Both the position numbers and the translations under genes were made by a program. Below are positions 44,604-57,077 of a DNA stretch of 64,000 nucleotides, piece after piece. The stretch comes from Flaccisagitta enflata (taxonomy: Eukaryota), in NCBI GenBank assembly GCA_965153355.1, contig OZ231126.1, forward strand, positions 36,084,001 through 36,148,000, read 5' to 3'. Position 1 is the stretch's first letter. Every line of letters begins with the position of its first letter. A model generated the notes under the pieces. The model saw only the letters and a program-made list of their open reading frames with translations, ran no database searches and was not told the DNA's origin.

Positions 44604-45199
44604 GTGAGTTGGGGACCATCTTGTGACAGCATTTGACTTATGAGTAGTTTTTTGATATGTCTGTGAGTCTCTTTGAGCAGGCATGTGTTTCTGTTGGTTG
44701 GTCGGTTGGTCAGTTGGTCGGTCGGTCAGTGTGTTTAATTGACAAAATCCGAGGCTTTTTCATCAAAAAAGCAGTGCCACCCTCAGTATTGTTTCATTCA
44801 CAAGATCATGCATTCATTCATTCATTCATTCATTCATTCATTCATTCATTCATTCATTCATTCATTCATTCATTCATTCATTCATTCATTCATTCATTCA
44901 TTAATTCATTCATTCATTAATTCAGAAATTCATGTGTTCATTCGTTCATTCGTTCATTGATTCATTGATTTATTGATTGATTGATTTATTGGTTGATTCA
45001 TTCATTCATTCCTTCTTTCCTTTCTTCCTTCATTCACACCTTCTTTCCTTTCTTCGTTCATTCATTCATTCATTCATTCATTCATTCATTCATTCATTCA
45101 TTCATTCATTCATTCATTCATTCTTTCTTACATTCATTCATTCTTTCTTACATTAAAGTTCATAGACGACATTTCGTTGGCCTACGTGTCCTGGTTCTA

Positions 45200-46385
45200 C
45201 TATCTAGGAAAAAAATTTAGCAACACCTTGCAATCAATTCCATTTTTTAGTAAAATAATTGAAAAAAAAAAATAGTCTACTTATCAATAAAATAGATTTT
45301 TTTGATGTTTTTTTTTTTTTGAAAATGATAACAGTTGTGCTAAGCAAAAGTAATTTTTTGACCTGATTCATTCAGTGAAGCATAATCAAATCCTATCATC
45401 CATAAGAAATTTTAAATTATGATGAATGTTTCCACTGTTTTGCTTGCTATTTCTACACTATTAGAGCGACAAATACCACATTGCGCTCATCTTGTAGAAT
45501 TTTTTATTTAGATAGATTTGCTTTTGCTGTTCTACAAGTTGAGATATAATAAGAAGAAGTTGCCTCAAATTTCATCAATCATCTTTATCAAATAATTTTT
45601 TAATTTTTCAAAATGATACAGTACGATGAGAGCAATGATGACCTAGACTGGAGGATAGATTTTAGGTATCCTAATTTCATTTGTATCATAAAATATTTGA
45701 GATTTAAGTTAATTCAAGATTGCTCTATTGAGTGAAAATGATTGGCGTCTCTCAAACTTTAACTTGCGACTTGACCTTATCAAGACTTTATTTTTTGAAG
45801 TTCTAACCTATTTTGATAGATCGGGTGGAAATTCTTGTATTGTTTTGAAAAAAAATCAGCTCAATCGTTTCATTTTTATAGGTTTTATGGCTATTTTAAG
45901 TTTTGCCCAAAAACTTATTTGCATAACTTTTGTTCATTAAAGGTAGCCATAAAATCTGTAAAAATGGTCCAATTGAGCAAACTTTTTTTTCTAAAATATA
46001 TAAAATTTTTCGCCTGATCTAATGAAATAGGTTAGAACCTTGAAAAATGAATTCTTGATGAGGTCAAGTCACAAGTTGAAGTTTAAGAGACGCAAATGCA
46101 TTCACTCAATAAAGCAACCTTTAATTAGCCTAGATCTCAAATATTTTATGATACAAATAGAATTAGGATACCTAAAATCTATCCTCCAGTCTAGGTCGTC
46201 ATTGCTCCCATCGTACTGTAACATGGAACTCTTTCCTTTGCCATTTCTTAACAGTTTGAGCTTCAGGTACTAGATTGCACTCATATTGCAGAATTTTTAA
46301 AAAAAATGATGTTCATTTGTAAAAAAGATTTGTGGCTTTTGTTGAGATATTTTTGATTAAAAGTGTTGCTAAACTTTTTGATACT
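45200..46385. mobile_element. Outer TIR element hosting the palindromic MITE
   Basis: aaaaaatttagcaacac (45210-45226) vs gtgttgctaaacttttt (46363-46379). Exact termini and TSD not resolved. Confidence 0.5.
45619..46218. mobile_element. Tc1/mariner-type palindromic MITE
   Basis: TA|CAGTACGATG...CATCGTACTG|TA, with inverted arms extending more than 200 bp. Confidence 0.88.
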
Positions 46386-46399
46386 TCGTTCGGTGCATG

Positions 46400-48061
46400 T
46401 GCTCAAGGGAAGGCTGGATCCACGCGGGGGGAGGCGGATTTTGCTGCTGCTGCAACCTTGGGCAGACTCTGTTTGCTGACGGGCGCTACACAGCTTTAAC
46501 AGATGCTAATGCACCGCCAACTAGTTCGCTTCCTACCGCTGCTTTTGACGGCTGCGAGTGAAAGGAAGACGCTCTCGTCTGCTGACCAGAGGCTTGAGGT
46601 TGAACAGCGGACGCGGCACCATAAGTAGAACCTCCTTAGTTTGCTGCTTTGTGCTCTTCTTCCCAGCTCTCTTGGTCTTCTTCCACTTTGCTGCTGCTGC
46701 CCCGGGCGCCTGATTCAGCTTCTGGGTTGCTGCTGACGTTGCCGTCGACGAACCACCTGAAGCTTCTCCTTGGCCTTGGGGCGGTGCTACTGCAGTGGGC
46801 GCGCCTGGAGGCGCTTGAAGAGGCCTTTGCTTTTGGAATCTGGCCCTTTTTGTTGACTCGGCACGTGCGCTTTGGCAAGTCTTTCCCCGTCTTGATCTCT
46901 TCGATGGTTGTGAGGGAGTGACGTCACGAGGACCCTGTTGCTGCTGATTTGGGGGATGAACCAATCCAGAGCGCGGTTGACGACTTCCTGCTGCTGTGGT
47001 ATGAATTGCCGCTGATGTAGCTGCGGCTGCGTGGAGCACAAATACCGCCGGTGGAGTTGCGGAAGCGCCCGCGGAAGTTGCTGCAGATGAAGTTGCAGCT
47101 GCAGCAGGAGGCTTCGGAGTCGCATCCTTCCTCTTCGTCGCCTGGACCATGCGACAAACACTCATATCATGCTCCTGTTCTTTGTTGCTTTGGATTTTGC
47201 GCTCCAGAGGAGTCTCCGAGCCCAGCTCTGTTTAATTAGCCGATGTGAGCGCATGAGGGTTTGTTTGTTGCAGCACACCGAAAGTTTTTCAAACTCTTTG
47301 AAGAGGAGAGATACTCCGCGTCCGGCGGACTGATACACGATACCTCGTGCTGCATCGTTGGCGTTTCTACCCGTGCTTGTGTCCACTTCCGGGTCAATGT
47401 CTTTCTCCACCACCCTCCCCATTCACAGCACCTCTCCTCTGTCTCCATCCCCTCCTCCTCCACTCTTGCTCCATCATTGACCGTCTCTCTCTCTCTTCGC
47501 CCCCGCTGCGTTGACTTGCAGCTGCAGACGCTTGATGACGAGACGCTGGGCGACCGAAATCAAGACAAAATTGGCGAGGCGATGGGGGCAAATCCGATGA
47601 TGATGGCTACGTCGCGGAAGTGGTGGATAAATCCGTCGGCGACCGATTGATCGAGATCCTACTCGAACCTCCATCCTTGATGACCACCAATGGAAGAAGC
47701 GACGCAGGATCGACGGCGTTGGATGGCTGTTGACGATTTACCAACGCATCATCTTGTTGGCGCTTTTTATTCGCTTTTTTTGCGTCGACGTCGGCACGAT
47801 GGTCGCCATTGAAGGCTACATGCGCGACAGCCTCCTCCTCCGCCCCGAACGACGTCGTGGATGCAGATCCTTCTCGAGAGTAGAGCCGTCGCTGAAGAGC
47901 CGATAGAATCCAGGATCCGTCACTGACGTCGACACGTCAGCTTCTGCCTCGAGACGCTGCTGACGGGACATCTTGACTCCGACGAGCGACTTCAAGATGT
48001 GAACTGACTTCGTAGATGGAATGACGTCGTCAGCGGAAGCTTTGAAATGTTCGTTTGAGAA
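46400..48061 (-). pseudogene. Extra ORF-like region downstream of BEL integrase (unknown product)
   Basis: GC-rich, coding-like minus fragments (47816-48061, 47162-47674, 46533-47165, the last Ala/Gln/Lys-rich) follow a pyrimidine-rich acceptor-like cttatctttatcag ending at 48062. Confidence 0.45.
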
Positions 48062-48374
48062 CTGATAAAGATAAGAAAGGATTTTGGCATAATAATATGT
48101 ACATATAGACAGAGCGAATGAATCAGTGTTTTTAATGTGTAAATGGAATGGACGACATAATTGACAAGAGGAAAGATGAAAGCATGGATAATCAGAACCA
48201 AATATGAATAATAACATCTCTTTGTAAATATAATAAGTCAGAGTCTCAATCACTCTTATCTATAGTTACTAATGGACAGGCCCATGCGCCTTTTTCTCTC
48301 TCTCTCAAACTTAGCGTTTTTGAGTCTGGTCCCAGCCACTGGCTTTGTGCGGTCTTTAAATCACGATCTTTCCA

Positions 48375-51300
48375 TCACTTGGCATCGAACATGAGCCCTC
48401 TCCGGACATGAGCTGATGATCCTTCGACACCCATGAAACGCGTCCCTAAACTCAATTGTGACGAGGGCAGCGTTTCGTCCATGGCGATGACCATGTCATC
48501 GACACCAAAAGTCTCTCTCGGATCTCGACCATTTGCTTCGCGCATGAAGAAGCGACAAATATTCGACCCTCCACTGATTTCCCAAGCATCCACACCCGCG
48601 ATTGTCTTGGCATCTCCATTGAATCTTCGCGGAGTCGGCGTCAGGATTGGTGCTTGTTTGCACCAGATCCAGAGGCGTGACCGGATGTTGATAGGGTTGA
48701 GGATATGATTCGGTGTGAGGGCCTCGGAGTCATTTGGATCATCGCTGAGCGCTGTCAGAGGGTTGAAATTCCTTCAGCCGGCAAGCAGTGTTGAAGGCGT
48801 CGACGTGGAGGATGGCCGTGAAATGGAAGCAAAAGATGGCGCAGAAGGGCGGCGATTCCCCTCCATGGTAGGGTGTTCCGGCGTGATGAAATCCCACGAA
48901 GGCCAACGCCGCTACAGTTCGGGAGTTGACGAGCGGTTCCAAGCTTCCATTTCTTTCTTGAGGATATTGTTGGCGCCAACTAGATTCGTTCCACAGTCTG
49001 AAGTGAACCGGCGGATTCCTGGGCGCCTTGCTGCAAAACGGATGATTGCATTTACCATCGCATCGGCTGACATGTTGAAGAGCAATTCCACATGGGGCGG
49101 CACGTGACACGAAACAGGTGAACACTGCGATCCACACCTTGTGATCAGCACGTCCGTTCATTTTGGACGAGGAAATGCCCCATGACGTCCAATCCAGTCT
49201 CTGCAAAAACAGGCGCAGGATTGACGCGATTTGATGGAAGATTGGCCATTTGCTGATTTGCGTTCTTTTTGAAGTTCTTCTAGCATCTGAAGCACGTGTT
49301 GGCAGCAGCTCTTGACAGCCTGAAGACCTTTTGTAATCCCACACAAAGTGGCGTAATTGGCACAATGTATGCTTTGCACCCGCGTGAAAATCATTATGAT
49401 GATGATGAGCGGATTAATGATTTCACACTCTAGATCTTTTGGCGCGGCAGGATGAAGGGAAATTTAGCGTCATGTGCGATGTGCGGCGAACCTGTCCGGC
49501 TGCCGGCGCGAGGATACCGTCGTCGTCGACGAGGGATTCAACTTCCGCATCTCCTTGTTTTTTATGATAAAGTCATGACGGCTTTCTGGTTTAAAAACTT
49601 TTCCCAACTCCAATTGTTCGAAGACGTCGGAATAATGATGCCGCTGCATTGACTTGACGAGCTGTTTGCGCGCCTCCTCCAAAACGTCTTGCGTCACTTC
49701 CGGTTTGGGAAGGAGATCTTTTGCTGCTCGTGTCTTCGCCTTGGATACGCTCTCCACCTTTTGACTGCGATGAGAACCATGCCGATGATCCGCAACTTAT
49801 GCATCCATTTTCCCCGAGAAGCTGCTGCAAGAAGTATCGCGTCAGCCACTTGTTTCTTTTCACTTTCAGCCACATACAGAGCGGCGACTTGTGCAGAAAT
49901 AGGGCACGTTGCACGATGTTCGTCTTTAGCCATTGATCTTGGAGAGCAAAAATGCAGGACCGTGATGGAATTGACGCCATTTTCGGCTTCATGGGCCTGG
50001 ATGCCACGGCTGCAGTGGTCAGCTGGGTTGTTTGACGAGTCAACCCAGCGCCACTGCTGTGGATCAGACCCACTATGGATCTTGGAGAGGCGATTGGCGA
50101 AGAATACAGGCCTCGGTTTTGCCGGATTGTAAATCATCTTCAGTGCAGATTCAGAATCAGACCAAAATCTGACGACAAGATTGTCCAAGTTGATGGTCCT
50201 TCCGACGAAGCGTTTGAGCTGCACTGCTTTTTCTGCGGATACAATCTCGACTCGTGGAACGCTGTTATGATGAGAAGCACGTTTTGGATTGAGTGGGATG
50301 ACGTGAGATTTGGAGGCAAGGCTGAAATGTGACATCTCCATCTCGATTGACTTGCGTCGACATGCAACTGCTCCATATCTCGCCTTTTGGAGCCGCATCG
50401 TAAAAGAACTCGATTGTGACTTCTACAGTGTCGCTTTTCGACGCCGCCATTCCACCAGCGTTCAATTCGGTATTGTTGTAGAAGAGGCCAAGATGAAGTG
50501 TAGCGGAAGAAGGATTCCTCGACGCTCTCTTCCAAGGGAATCCCATCCCACTTCCTGTGGACGACAGAGTTGAAGATGTCGTCTGCCGATGTATGCGGGA
50601 CTCCAAAATCCCAATGGATCATAAAGTTTGGCTTGCATGGAGACCAATTGACGAGGTGTTTTTGCTCTAAGAGTTTTGAATTCCTCGTCGCAGATGAAGA
50701 TGAAAACTTCTTCACCGGAAGCCATGGGACGCCCAACACCTTCGTCGGAGCATCATCTTGCTTATCTGAGATGGGAATTGGCACGTTCGGATCTCCATCC
50801 ATCAATTGCCGCGCGTTGCTTTTCCACTTCACAAGATCCATCCCGCCTTCAGCCATCGCCGCCACTGAATCCACCTTCAACTGCAGTGCTTCGTCGACCG
50901 AATCCCCACCCCCACTCCGTCGTCGACGTAGGCCGTAGCGAATAAGATCGTAGACGTTGTGGGATACTTGGGCCGGATTACTTCAGCATGCTTCCTGACG
51001 GTGAAAGATGTGACGAATGAGCTGGATTAGCTGCGAAGATGCGATAAGACAGATTCAAAGTGTTCTGCGGAAATGCGGTCTTTTGAACAAAAAATCTGAA
51101 CAAATCAGCGTCGTCAGGATGGGCGGATTTGGTGAAAAAACGCCTTTATATCACACATAAAGGCGAGTTTCCATGACGGCATGAGGATGCCCATCAGCTA
51201 TTCATCAGTTTGGGCCTCCGACGGGCAAATCATTGAGTGAGATCCCGTCGGTCGCCGCACGCGCATCGTGGCATACGCGCGTTTTCGGCATTCAACAATG

Positions 51301-52262
51301 TGAAGTGGTAAGTGCCAGCGCGGCTTCTCAATGCTGTGTCATACGTCGGCGCTGTCAATCTCAATCGCCACTCCCGTCTCGTAAAATTTCTCGATCTCAC
51401 GGAAGACTCTTTCTTTGAAGGCTGGATCACGCTTGAAGCGGAAACGTTGGTTGCCGAGCCGCTTCATCGCAGTAGGTCGTGACTTCACTCTTCTCAGAAT
51501 TTCCATGATTTTTCATGATGAAATTTCCATGTGTGGGAGCAAAGTATTTTTCACAATTGGGCAAAAATATATCTTTTCCTCTAACGTTTTGCACGCTCTG
51601 ATATTCTCTAGGGAATCGCCCATCTCCTCTTGCGAGACGATTGATGATGCAAAGTCATGGTAGAAAATGCGGTCAATGTTGCTGTTGAGGACGCGATTAT
51701 CGAGGATGCGATCGATGCTGTCGTTGAGGACGCGATCATCCGTTGCGACAGCGTTGATTGATGCAAAATCTCGCCCCCTCTTCCCCGTTTTTCCACATAC
51801 AGTCCAACCGAATAAACATCTGAAGCAAGTCAAAGATCCTGAAGGCCCTCGGCGGATTTCCTGAGCGACGGCGGCATCCGCATGCGCCGCTCCGATGATC
51901 ATCATCACACCGCCTTCTGCTTCTGGAAATTTTATGTCTCGATGTGAGTTGGTGGATAAGCTGGAGAAAAGGAGGAATGTCGCGTTCACTCGTTAACAAA
52001 TCACCCACCATGCGTCGTTGGCGTCGACGACATATTCCTCGTCGACCGATTGCATGGTAAATGATGCGATGAAACGATCCTCAACAACATGATTTCCCAC
52101 AGTAATCACCGTCATTTGCACTGTTTTTGTTGGAATCAGAAGACTGCGAATGACATTGGTACTGATCACGTCGCGATCAGCGCCTGAGTCGATCATAGCG
52201 TATATCGTCCTCTGCGCACCCGAAGAATTGTTTATGATAGTCACTGGAACAATCGGACGGAC
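48375..52262 (-). pseudogene. pol: BEL pol (PR-RT-RH-INT), many frameshifts and small deletions
   Basis: Motifs are in the correct order but scattered across all three minus frames. Confidence 0.88.
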
Positions 52263-52310
52263 AGCGTCGTCGAATGAAGAGAGCGGACCGCGGCGTTGCG
52301 TCGCCGCCAG

Positions 52311-53453
52311 TCATGCCGTGGCGTTAGAAGAGATCACTTCCGTAGGATTGGCTGCCTCCGCCGTCGACGGAGCTGTTGGTGCTACTGCAGCCGCATCTTC
52401 TGACTTGTTGAAGGGAGCCAGCGGTACTTTATTTCCCTGCTTATTCTCTCCTTTCTTCTCTTCCTTTTCTTCTTTCTTGTAGGTGCGCCCGTGGAGAATC
52501 GTTGTGTGCCGCTTCTTGCAGATCTGGCAAGTTGGTCTGTTCGCGCATCCTTTGGTGTTGTGTCCTGGCGAGGCAGTGGAAGCAGGGAAGCGACGAGACA
52601 TGATCTTCTGAACTCGCGTCCACTTCCAGCTCTAACAACTGATGACACTCTTCTGTTTGATGCATTCCACTGCAGGCGTTGCAGCGGTCCGTCGACTGCA
52701 CCTTTTGCTTGCCATTTCAAAAGCATCCTCATATGATGATGGCGCCTCTTTTTCTGTCGTTGCAACTGCTGCCACTGATGCTGTTTTGCAGCTTGCACCT
52801 TTGTTGCGCTGAATCACCGCCCATGTTTCAATCATGTTGACCAAGTTGTCGAATGAAAATGATTGTCCTTTTTGGGCTGCTTCATGTTGCTTTTCCCAAA
52901 ATTTATCTGCAAGATGAGGAACCCTCTTGTTGAGGATTTCTTGCAGCAACTCGTCACGATAGCATTGCTGCACTTCTCCACAGGTCTTCGCAATCTTCTT
53001 TGCCTTTTGCAACCTTGCAGACAAATTGAAATGCCTTGCATGGTCGGCCGACTGGATCTTCGCCTCCGCGACGATTTCGTTGAACAGCGCCGCAATGTTG
53101 CAGCGCCTTGCCATGAAGACGACGTCCATTTTTGCGAAGGCGTCGTCAATCTCTTCTCTTGCTGTCGCTTCAGTTGCACCAATCGTCGCAGTTTCGATGA
53201 TCTCCTTTGCCGGACCAGCAAACCACTTAGGCAATTCCAATAAAATGTCCATTTGCGTCAAGCCTTCATGCTTTTCAGCATCTTTGAACTTCCTCTTCCA
53301 CATCATGAAATCGGTGGATGAAAGCTCATGCAGAGGCTTCTCAGGTCTTGCTCTCTCCGGCGCTTTGAGGCTGACCTCCCTTGCTCGCATATGATCGTTG
53401 TACGCCGCCCTCCAAGAACATGTCCAGAGCCGGATTGTTGGGCATCTGTACAT
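52311..53453 (-). pseudogene. gag: BEL gag core and zinc-knuckle region, frameshifted
   Basis: STDFMMWKRKF..LPKWFAGPAKEII resembles the BEL gag core. The Cys/His knuckles are split over several frames (CNACSGMHQTEEC, CFHCL, CQICKKRHTTILH). Confidence 0.75.
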
Positions 53454-56097
53454 GAACTTCCGGTTGACGAGCTACTTGATGATGCTCCACTTGATGATAC
53501 GCTGGGGCTTGTTGGATGAACGCGTATTGACCCCCGACTTTGACCGGAGATCTCTTTTTGGTCGTTTTCACACTCCACCCAACTTCTTCCTGCTGATTCA
53601 TTTGTTGTTGACGATCATCTTGATGGAATCGGGGAGCATCAAAATCTTGGCGGAAGTACTGTCGCTTTTGTTGTTCTTCTTTGCGTTGTTTCTCTTCTTC
53701 TCTCGCTGCGGCAAGGTCAAAGTCTCTCTGCTGAATCTGCATCCTCAAACTATCCACTTCTTGCTGCAAACGTTGATTCTGCTGGATGACTTCCGCTTGA
53801 GGCGTTGCTAGAGGCGCTTGCGCTACTTTTGGCGCCTTCGGCTGCAATCCACTCATTGTCTTCTTGGGAGCAACTTTTCTTCTCTCCTTATCTTGCAGCT
53901 GCTGTGCCAACTTCGCGTCAGCGGCCTCCTGCCTCTGCCTCCTGCGCATCGCCTCCGTTGCATCACCTCCGCTTCCGGCTGTGTTGAAGACCTTTTCCTC
54001 TTGACGGGGAAGTTCAGTCTCCCTTCTAGCAGAACCAATCTGCTTCTCGAAGATCACTTCCGGTGCGGTAGGGAGAATCGTTGCTGCTGGGGTTTGGTGA
54101 TGCTGATCCTGATGCTGTTGCTGTTGTTGAAACCGTTGCTGCTGCCACTGTTGATGTTGAAGCTGCTGCTGCTGGTCAGGATGCTGTTGCTGCTCATTCT
54201 GCTGCTGCAGTTGATGCTGTCGCTGTCCTTGCTGCTGCTGCTGCTCCAACTGTTGCTGCTGCTGCATCGGCTGCTTGACGGACGTTTCCACTGGCTGCAC
54301 ATGACGTTGCTGCAAGTTCGAATTGAAGATAGATCGACGGTCTTTTGACGGATGCTGCGGCTGCTGCTTGTCCAGCTCAGACAGTTGTCTAAGCTTCACA
54401 TCTCGCTGCTCTAAAGCTCCACCAATGCCGCCGTCGTTCAGGCTATTCCAGTGCTTTCGTTGCATCTCTGCCGCATTGTTGAATACTCCTGCCCTTCTAT
54501 CTTCATCTCGCTGCTGCTGTTGGCGAAAGTCGCACATTCTGTCGTATAACTCTTTGTCTTCTTGTGATGAGCTTCGCTGTTGGAATCCCAATGGCACCGC
54601 GATCGGCGCCTTTGGAGCTGTTGCTGCACCACCACCTTCACCTTCAGCCATCATGCGCAGTCGTTGTTCTGCAAGGCGTTGCTGTCTCGCTTCTTCTGTT
54701 TCTTCACTGACATTCATGCTTTCGACAGGATGGTTATTTGACGCTGGAGGATCCACTACCACCGCTGGGATCGCGGCGGAAGGTTGCTGTTGCTGCTGCA
54801 GTTGCTGTTGCATACGTTCTTCTGCATTATTTTGCCGCTGTTGTTGTTGTTCTTGCGGCTGCGTTACCGGTTGATGTTGTTGCAGCCCTTGTTGTTGTTG
54901 CTGTTGTTGTTGCTGCTGTTGCTCGTGTTGTTGCTGTTGTTGAACCACAGGTTGTGGCGCCGGCTGCAGGATCTGACGTTGTTGTTGGTCTTGTTGACGA
55001 AATTGTTGGAGTTGCTGCAACTGCTGCTGCTGCAACAGCTCTTGCTGCTGTCGTTGAGCTGTCGTTTGCTGCTGCTCTTGTGGTCGGTGGAGTTGACGTT
55101 GCTGTTGGAGTTGTTGCTGCTGCATCTGCAATTGATGCTGCTGCTGTTGCTCCTGTTGCTGTCGCTGCTCCTCCTCCCGTTGTTGCTGCTGCAAATCATT
55201 TATCAGCCGACGGCCTTGTCGCATTTCTTCCTCCAGCTGCCTACCCCATCTGTCTCTCTCCGCACTCCTATTGATGAAGCGTCGCCTCGCCCTCTCCTGC
55301 GGCGTCAGTCCGTTGATGATCCCGCGACCTCTTGCGAGAGCATCGGCGTCGTCGAGATCCGCAAGCATGTCGTCGGCCTGCTCCATCGGAGACGCACGCG
55401 CAGGTTCGATTTCCGATACCAAATCTGAAACCCACTGATTGACGGCATCTCCTCTTTGAATCGGCGGCAGATCTAAAAATTGGCCGCCAGTTGGAGATTG
55501 CGCACCATGTCGAGGGATTGGAAGTGGTAGATACTCGGATCCGTCGGGGTTTGGCGAAGACGTCCGCATCCTTGGTGTTGGAGCGCCAGTAACATTGTCA
55601 CGGGCGGCATGAGTGTCAGTTGGGAGACTGTTCCATGAGAATTCATTGACGGGTCTTTTACGATTCCCGATGTCGTTGTGCATTGCGTTCACGATGTCGG
55701 CGTTGGAAGGAAAACCCTCTGGATAGTTCTCACGATCGAAGAAACGCATGGAGTTCCATTCGCGCCGGATTCGACGCAGAGTGGACGCCGCGAATCGAAG
55801 AGGGTCGCCGGGCATTGAGTCGAGCGCCATTTGCCTTGCGTATGATATGAAGTCGTAGACCATATCCCGAAGGCCGTGTCGAGCGCCATCTGATTCACAT
55901 GCGGCGTCGTCGAAATCATTCGTTCCGCAAGCGGCAACGGCGTCGAAAAGGCGCCGGCATCCTTCCATCTCCGCCGTGATGTCGTTCCTCATTGCGCGCA
56001 AACGATTCGACCTCGGACACTGATTCAAACCGAAGTGAGATACACGAGATGACGTTGAAGCAGTCGAGACGGTGTCGTCGTTACGCGCGGCCGCCAT
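53341..56097 (-). CDS. BEL gag N-terminal ORF (~918 aa), polyQ/coiled-coil rich
   Basis: Uninterrupted ORF from ATG 56097, in the gag position. It overlaps the next gag frame (52632-53453), implying a frameshift near 53410. Confidence 0.75.
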   Translation of the reverse strand: MAAARNDDTVSTASTSSRVSHFGLNQCPRSNRLRAMRNDITAEMEGCRRLFDAVAACGTNDFDDAACESDGARHGLRDMVYDFISYARQMALDSMPGDPLRFAASTLRRIRREWNSMRFFDRENYPEGFPSNADIVNAMHNDIGNRKRPVNEFSWNSLPTDTHAARDNVTGAPTPRMRTSSPNPDGSEYLPLPIPRHGAQSPTGGQFLDLPPIQRGDAVNQWVSDLVSEIEPARASPMEQADDMLADLDDADALARGRGIINGLTPQERARRRFINRSAERDRWGRQLEEEMRQGRRLINDLQQQQREEEQRQQQEQQQQHQLQMQQQQLQQQRQLHRPQEQQQTTAQRQQQELLQQQQLQQLQQFRQQDQQQRQILQPAPQPVVQQQQQHEQQQQQQQQQQQGLQQHQPVTQPQEQQQQRQNNAEERMQQQLQQQQQPSAAIPAVVVDPPASNNHPVESMNVSEETEEARQQRLAEQRLRMMAEGEGGGAATAPKAPIAVPLGFQQRSSSQEDKELYDRMCDFRQQQQRDEDRRAGVFNNAAEMQRKHWNSLNDGGIGGALEQRDVKLRQLSELDKQQPQHPSKDRRSIFNSNLQQRHVQPVETSVKQPMQQQQQLEQQQQQGQRQHQLQQQNEQQQHPDQQQQLQHQQWQQQRFQQQQQHQDQHHQTPAATILPTAPEVIFEKQIGSARRETELPRQEEKVFNTAGSGGDATEAMRRRQRQEAADAKLAQQLQDKERRKVAPKKTMSGLQPKAPKVAQAPLATPQAEVIQQNQRLQQEVDSLRMQIQQRDFDLAAAREEEKQRKEEQQKRQYFRQDFDAPRFHQDDRQQQMNQQEEVGWSVKTTKKRSPVKVGGQYAFIQQAPAYHQVEHHQVARQPEVHVQMPNNPALDMFLEGGVQRSYASKGGQPQSAGESKT

Positions 56098-56193
56098 TGT
56101 CCAATTTCGTTTTCGGAGGTCGAAGATGAAAAGAGTCGAGTCGTTTTTAAATTGTTGAAATATAAAATTACGCCCACGAGTTTCAACTGGCAC

Positions 56194-57077
56194 TGTCTAT
56201 GAGCGTCTATCTGACTGACGACTTGTGGTGAAAGAAAGTTGGCCGATTGGAAAATAGGAAGGCGATCGTCTCGTTTATTCCATAAAAATTTCAACAACTG
56301 AAGAGAGGGGATAAAATAAAAGGGAAAGTGGGCGTTAATGGTGATCAGCAAACGCAAAAGATAACATGAAATCGAGACAGGACACAATAAAGGACAGAAA
56401 CAGCACATAACAACATGTTCATCTTCTTCAGAGCCCATGCCATTTGATAATACCTGCCCCTGCCCCGGCCCATCCCATTAAATTCATCCATATCATCCCC
56501 ATAGTTAGCTGATCGGGCAAACGATAAAAACCACACTAAAATCCGGCGATAAAAATGCAAAAAACGCAAAAAACAAGAATAACAGACCGGAATACAAGAT
56601 AAAAACAACGTTACTAAAAACAAGACGCGTCTATAAAACTTACTTTTAGGCCCACTTTCGTTGGTTTCAACCCACAGTCTGTCGATGTCAAACTAACGTA
56701 AATTGTCCGTTCATAAGTTTATCTGCAATAAAAAGATGAGAGATTATTGAAATTAGCAAATTCCAAGGGCACATTCAATCAATCACAAAAAAATCAATCA
56801 ATCACTTTAGGAAGCAATGCCGTAAATAAATAAAAACAATCAATCCAAAATTGGATGACACGAAGACGAGTTACGTATGTTTGTTTACGTAATAAAAAAC
56901 AAATGGCATAAAATACAAGGCGCAACCATATGGTTACCCATCTAGCCTTCATTATAAAAAATGGCGAGAAACAAAAGACACCGGCATTGAATAATAAGAA
57001 AAGAGGAAAAGCCAAAAGCACGCAAAAGAAACAAAAGCACACATACTTAATAGACGGACGGACATACATTTCTAACA
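56194..57077 (-). repeat. Putative 5' LTR of the BEL element
   Basis: Minus strand starts TGTTAG exactly where homology to the empty site (3974) ends. AATAAA at 56274-56279 and a candidate ...GACA end at 56194. The inner boundary is a guess: no second LTR and no clear PBS were found. Confidence 0.5.

Larger units (their letters stand above)
46385..57077 (-). mobile_element. BEL/Pao LTR retrotransposon, degenerate, 3' LTR missing
   Basis: Domain order gag - Zn knuckles (..HNTKGC..CQICKKRHTTILH) - protease (YAMIDSGAD) - RT (FMCDIKAFFHQI ~51126-51167; YVDD 50919-50930) - Pao RNase H region (ASKSHVIP..VPRVEI..FWSDS..FFANRL..WRWVDSSNNPADHCSRG) - integrase (FAARRPG..FTSDCGTNLVGA; LTPNHIL). GC-richer than the flanks. 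Confidence 0.93.

Noticed and set aside
56175-56195. Primer-binding site after the putative LTR (gtgccagttgaaactc, minus)
   Set aside because: It lacks TGG and I could not match it to a tRNA 3' end.
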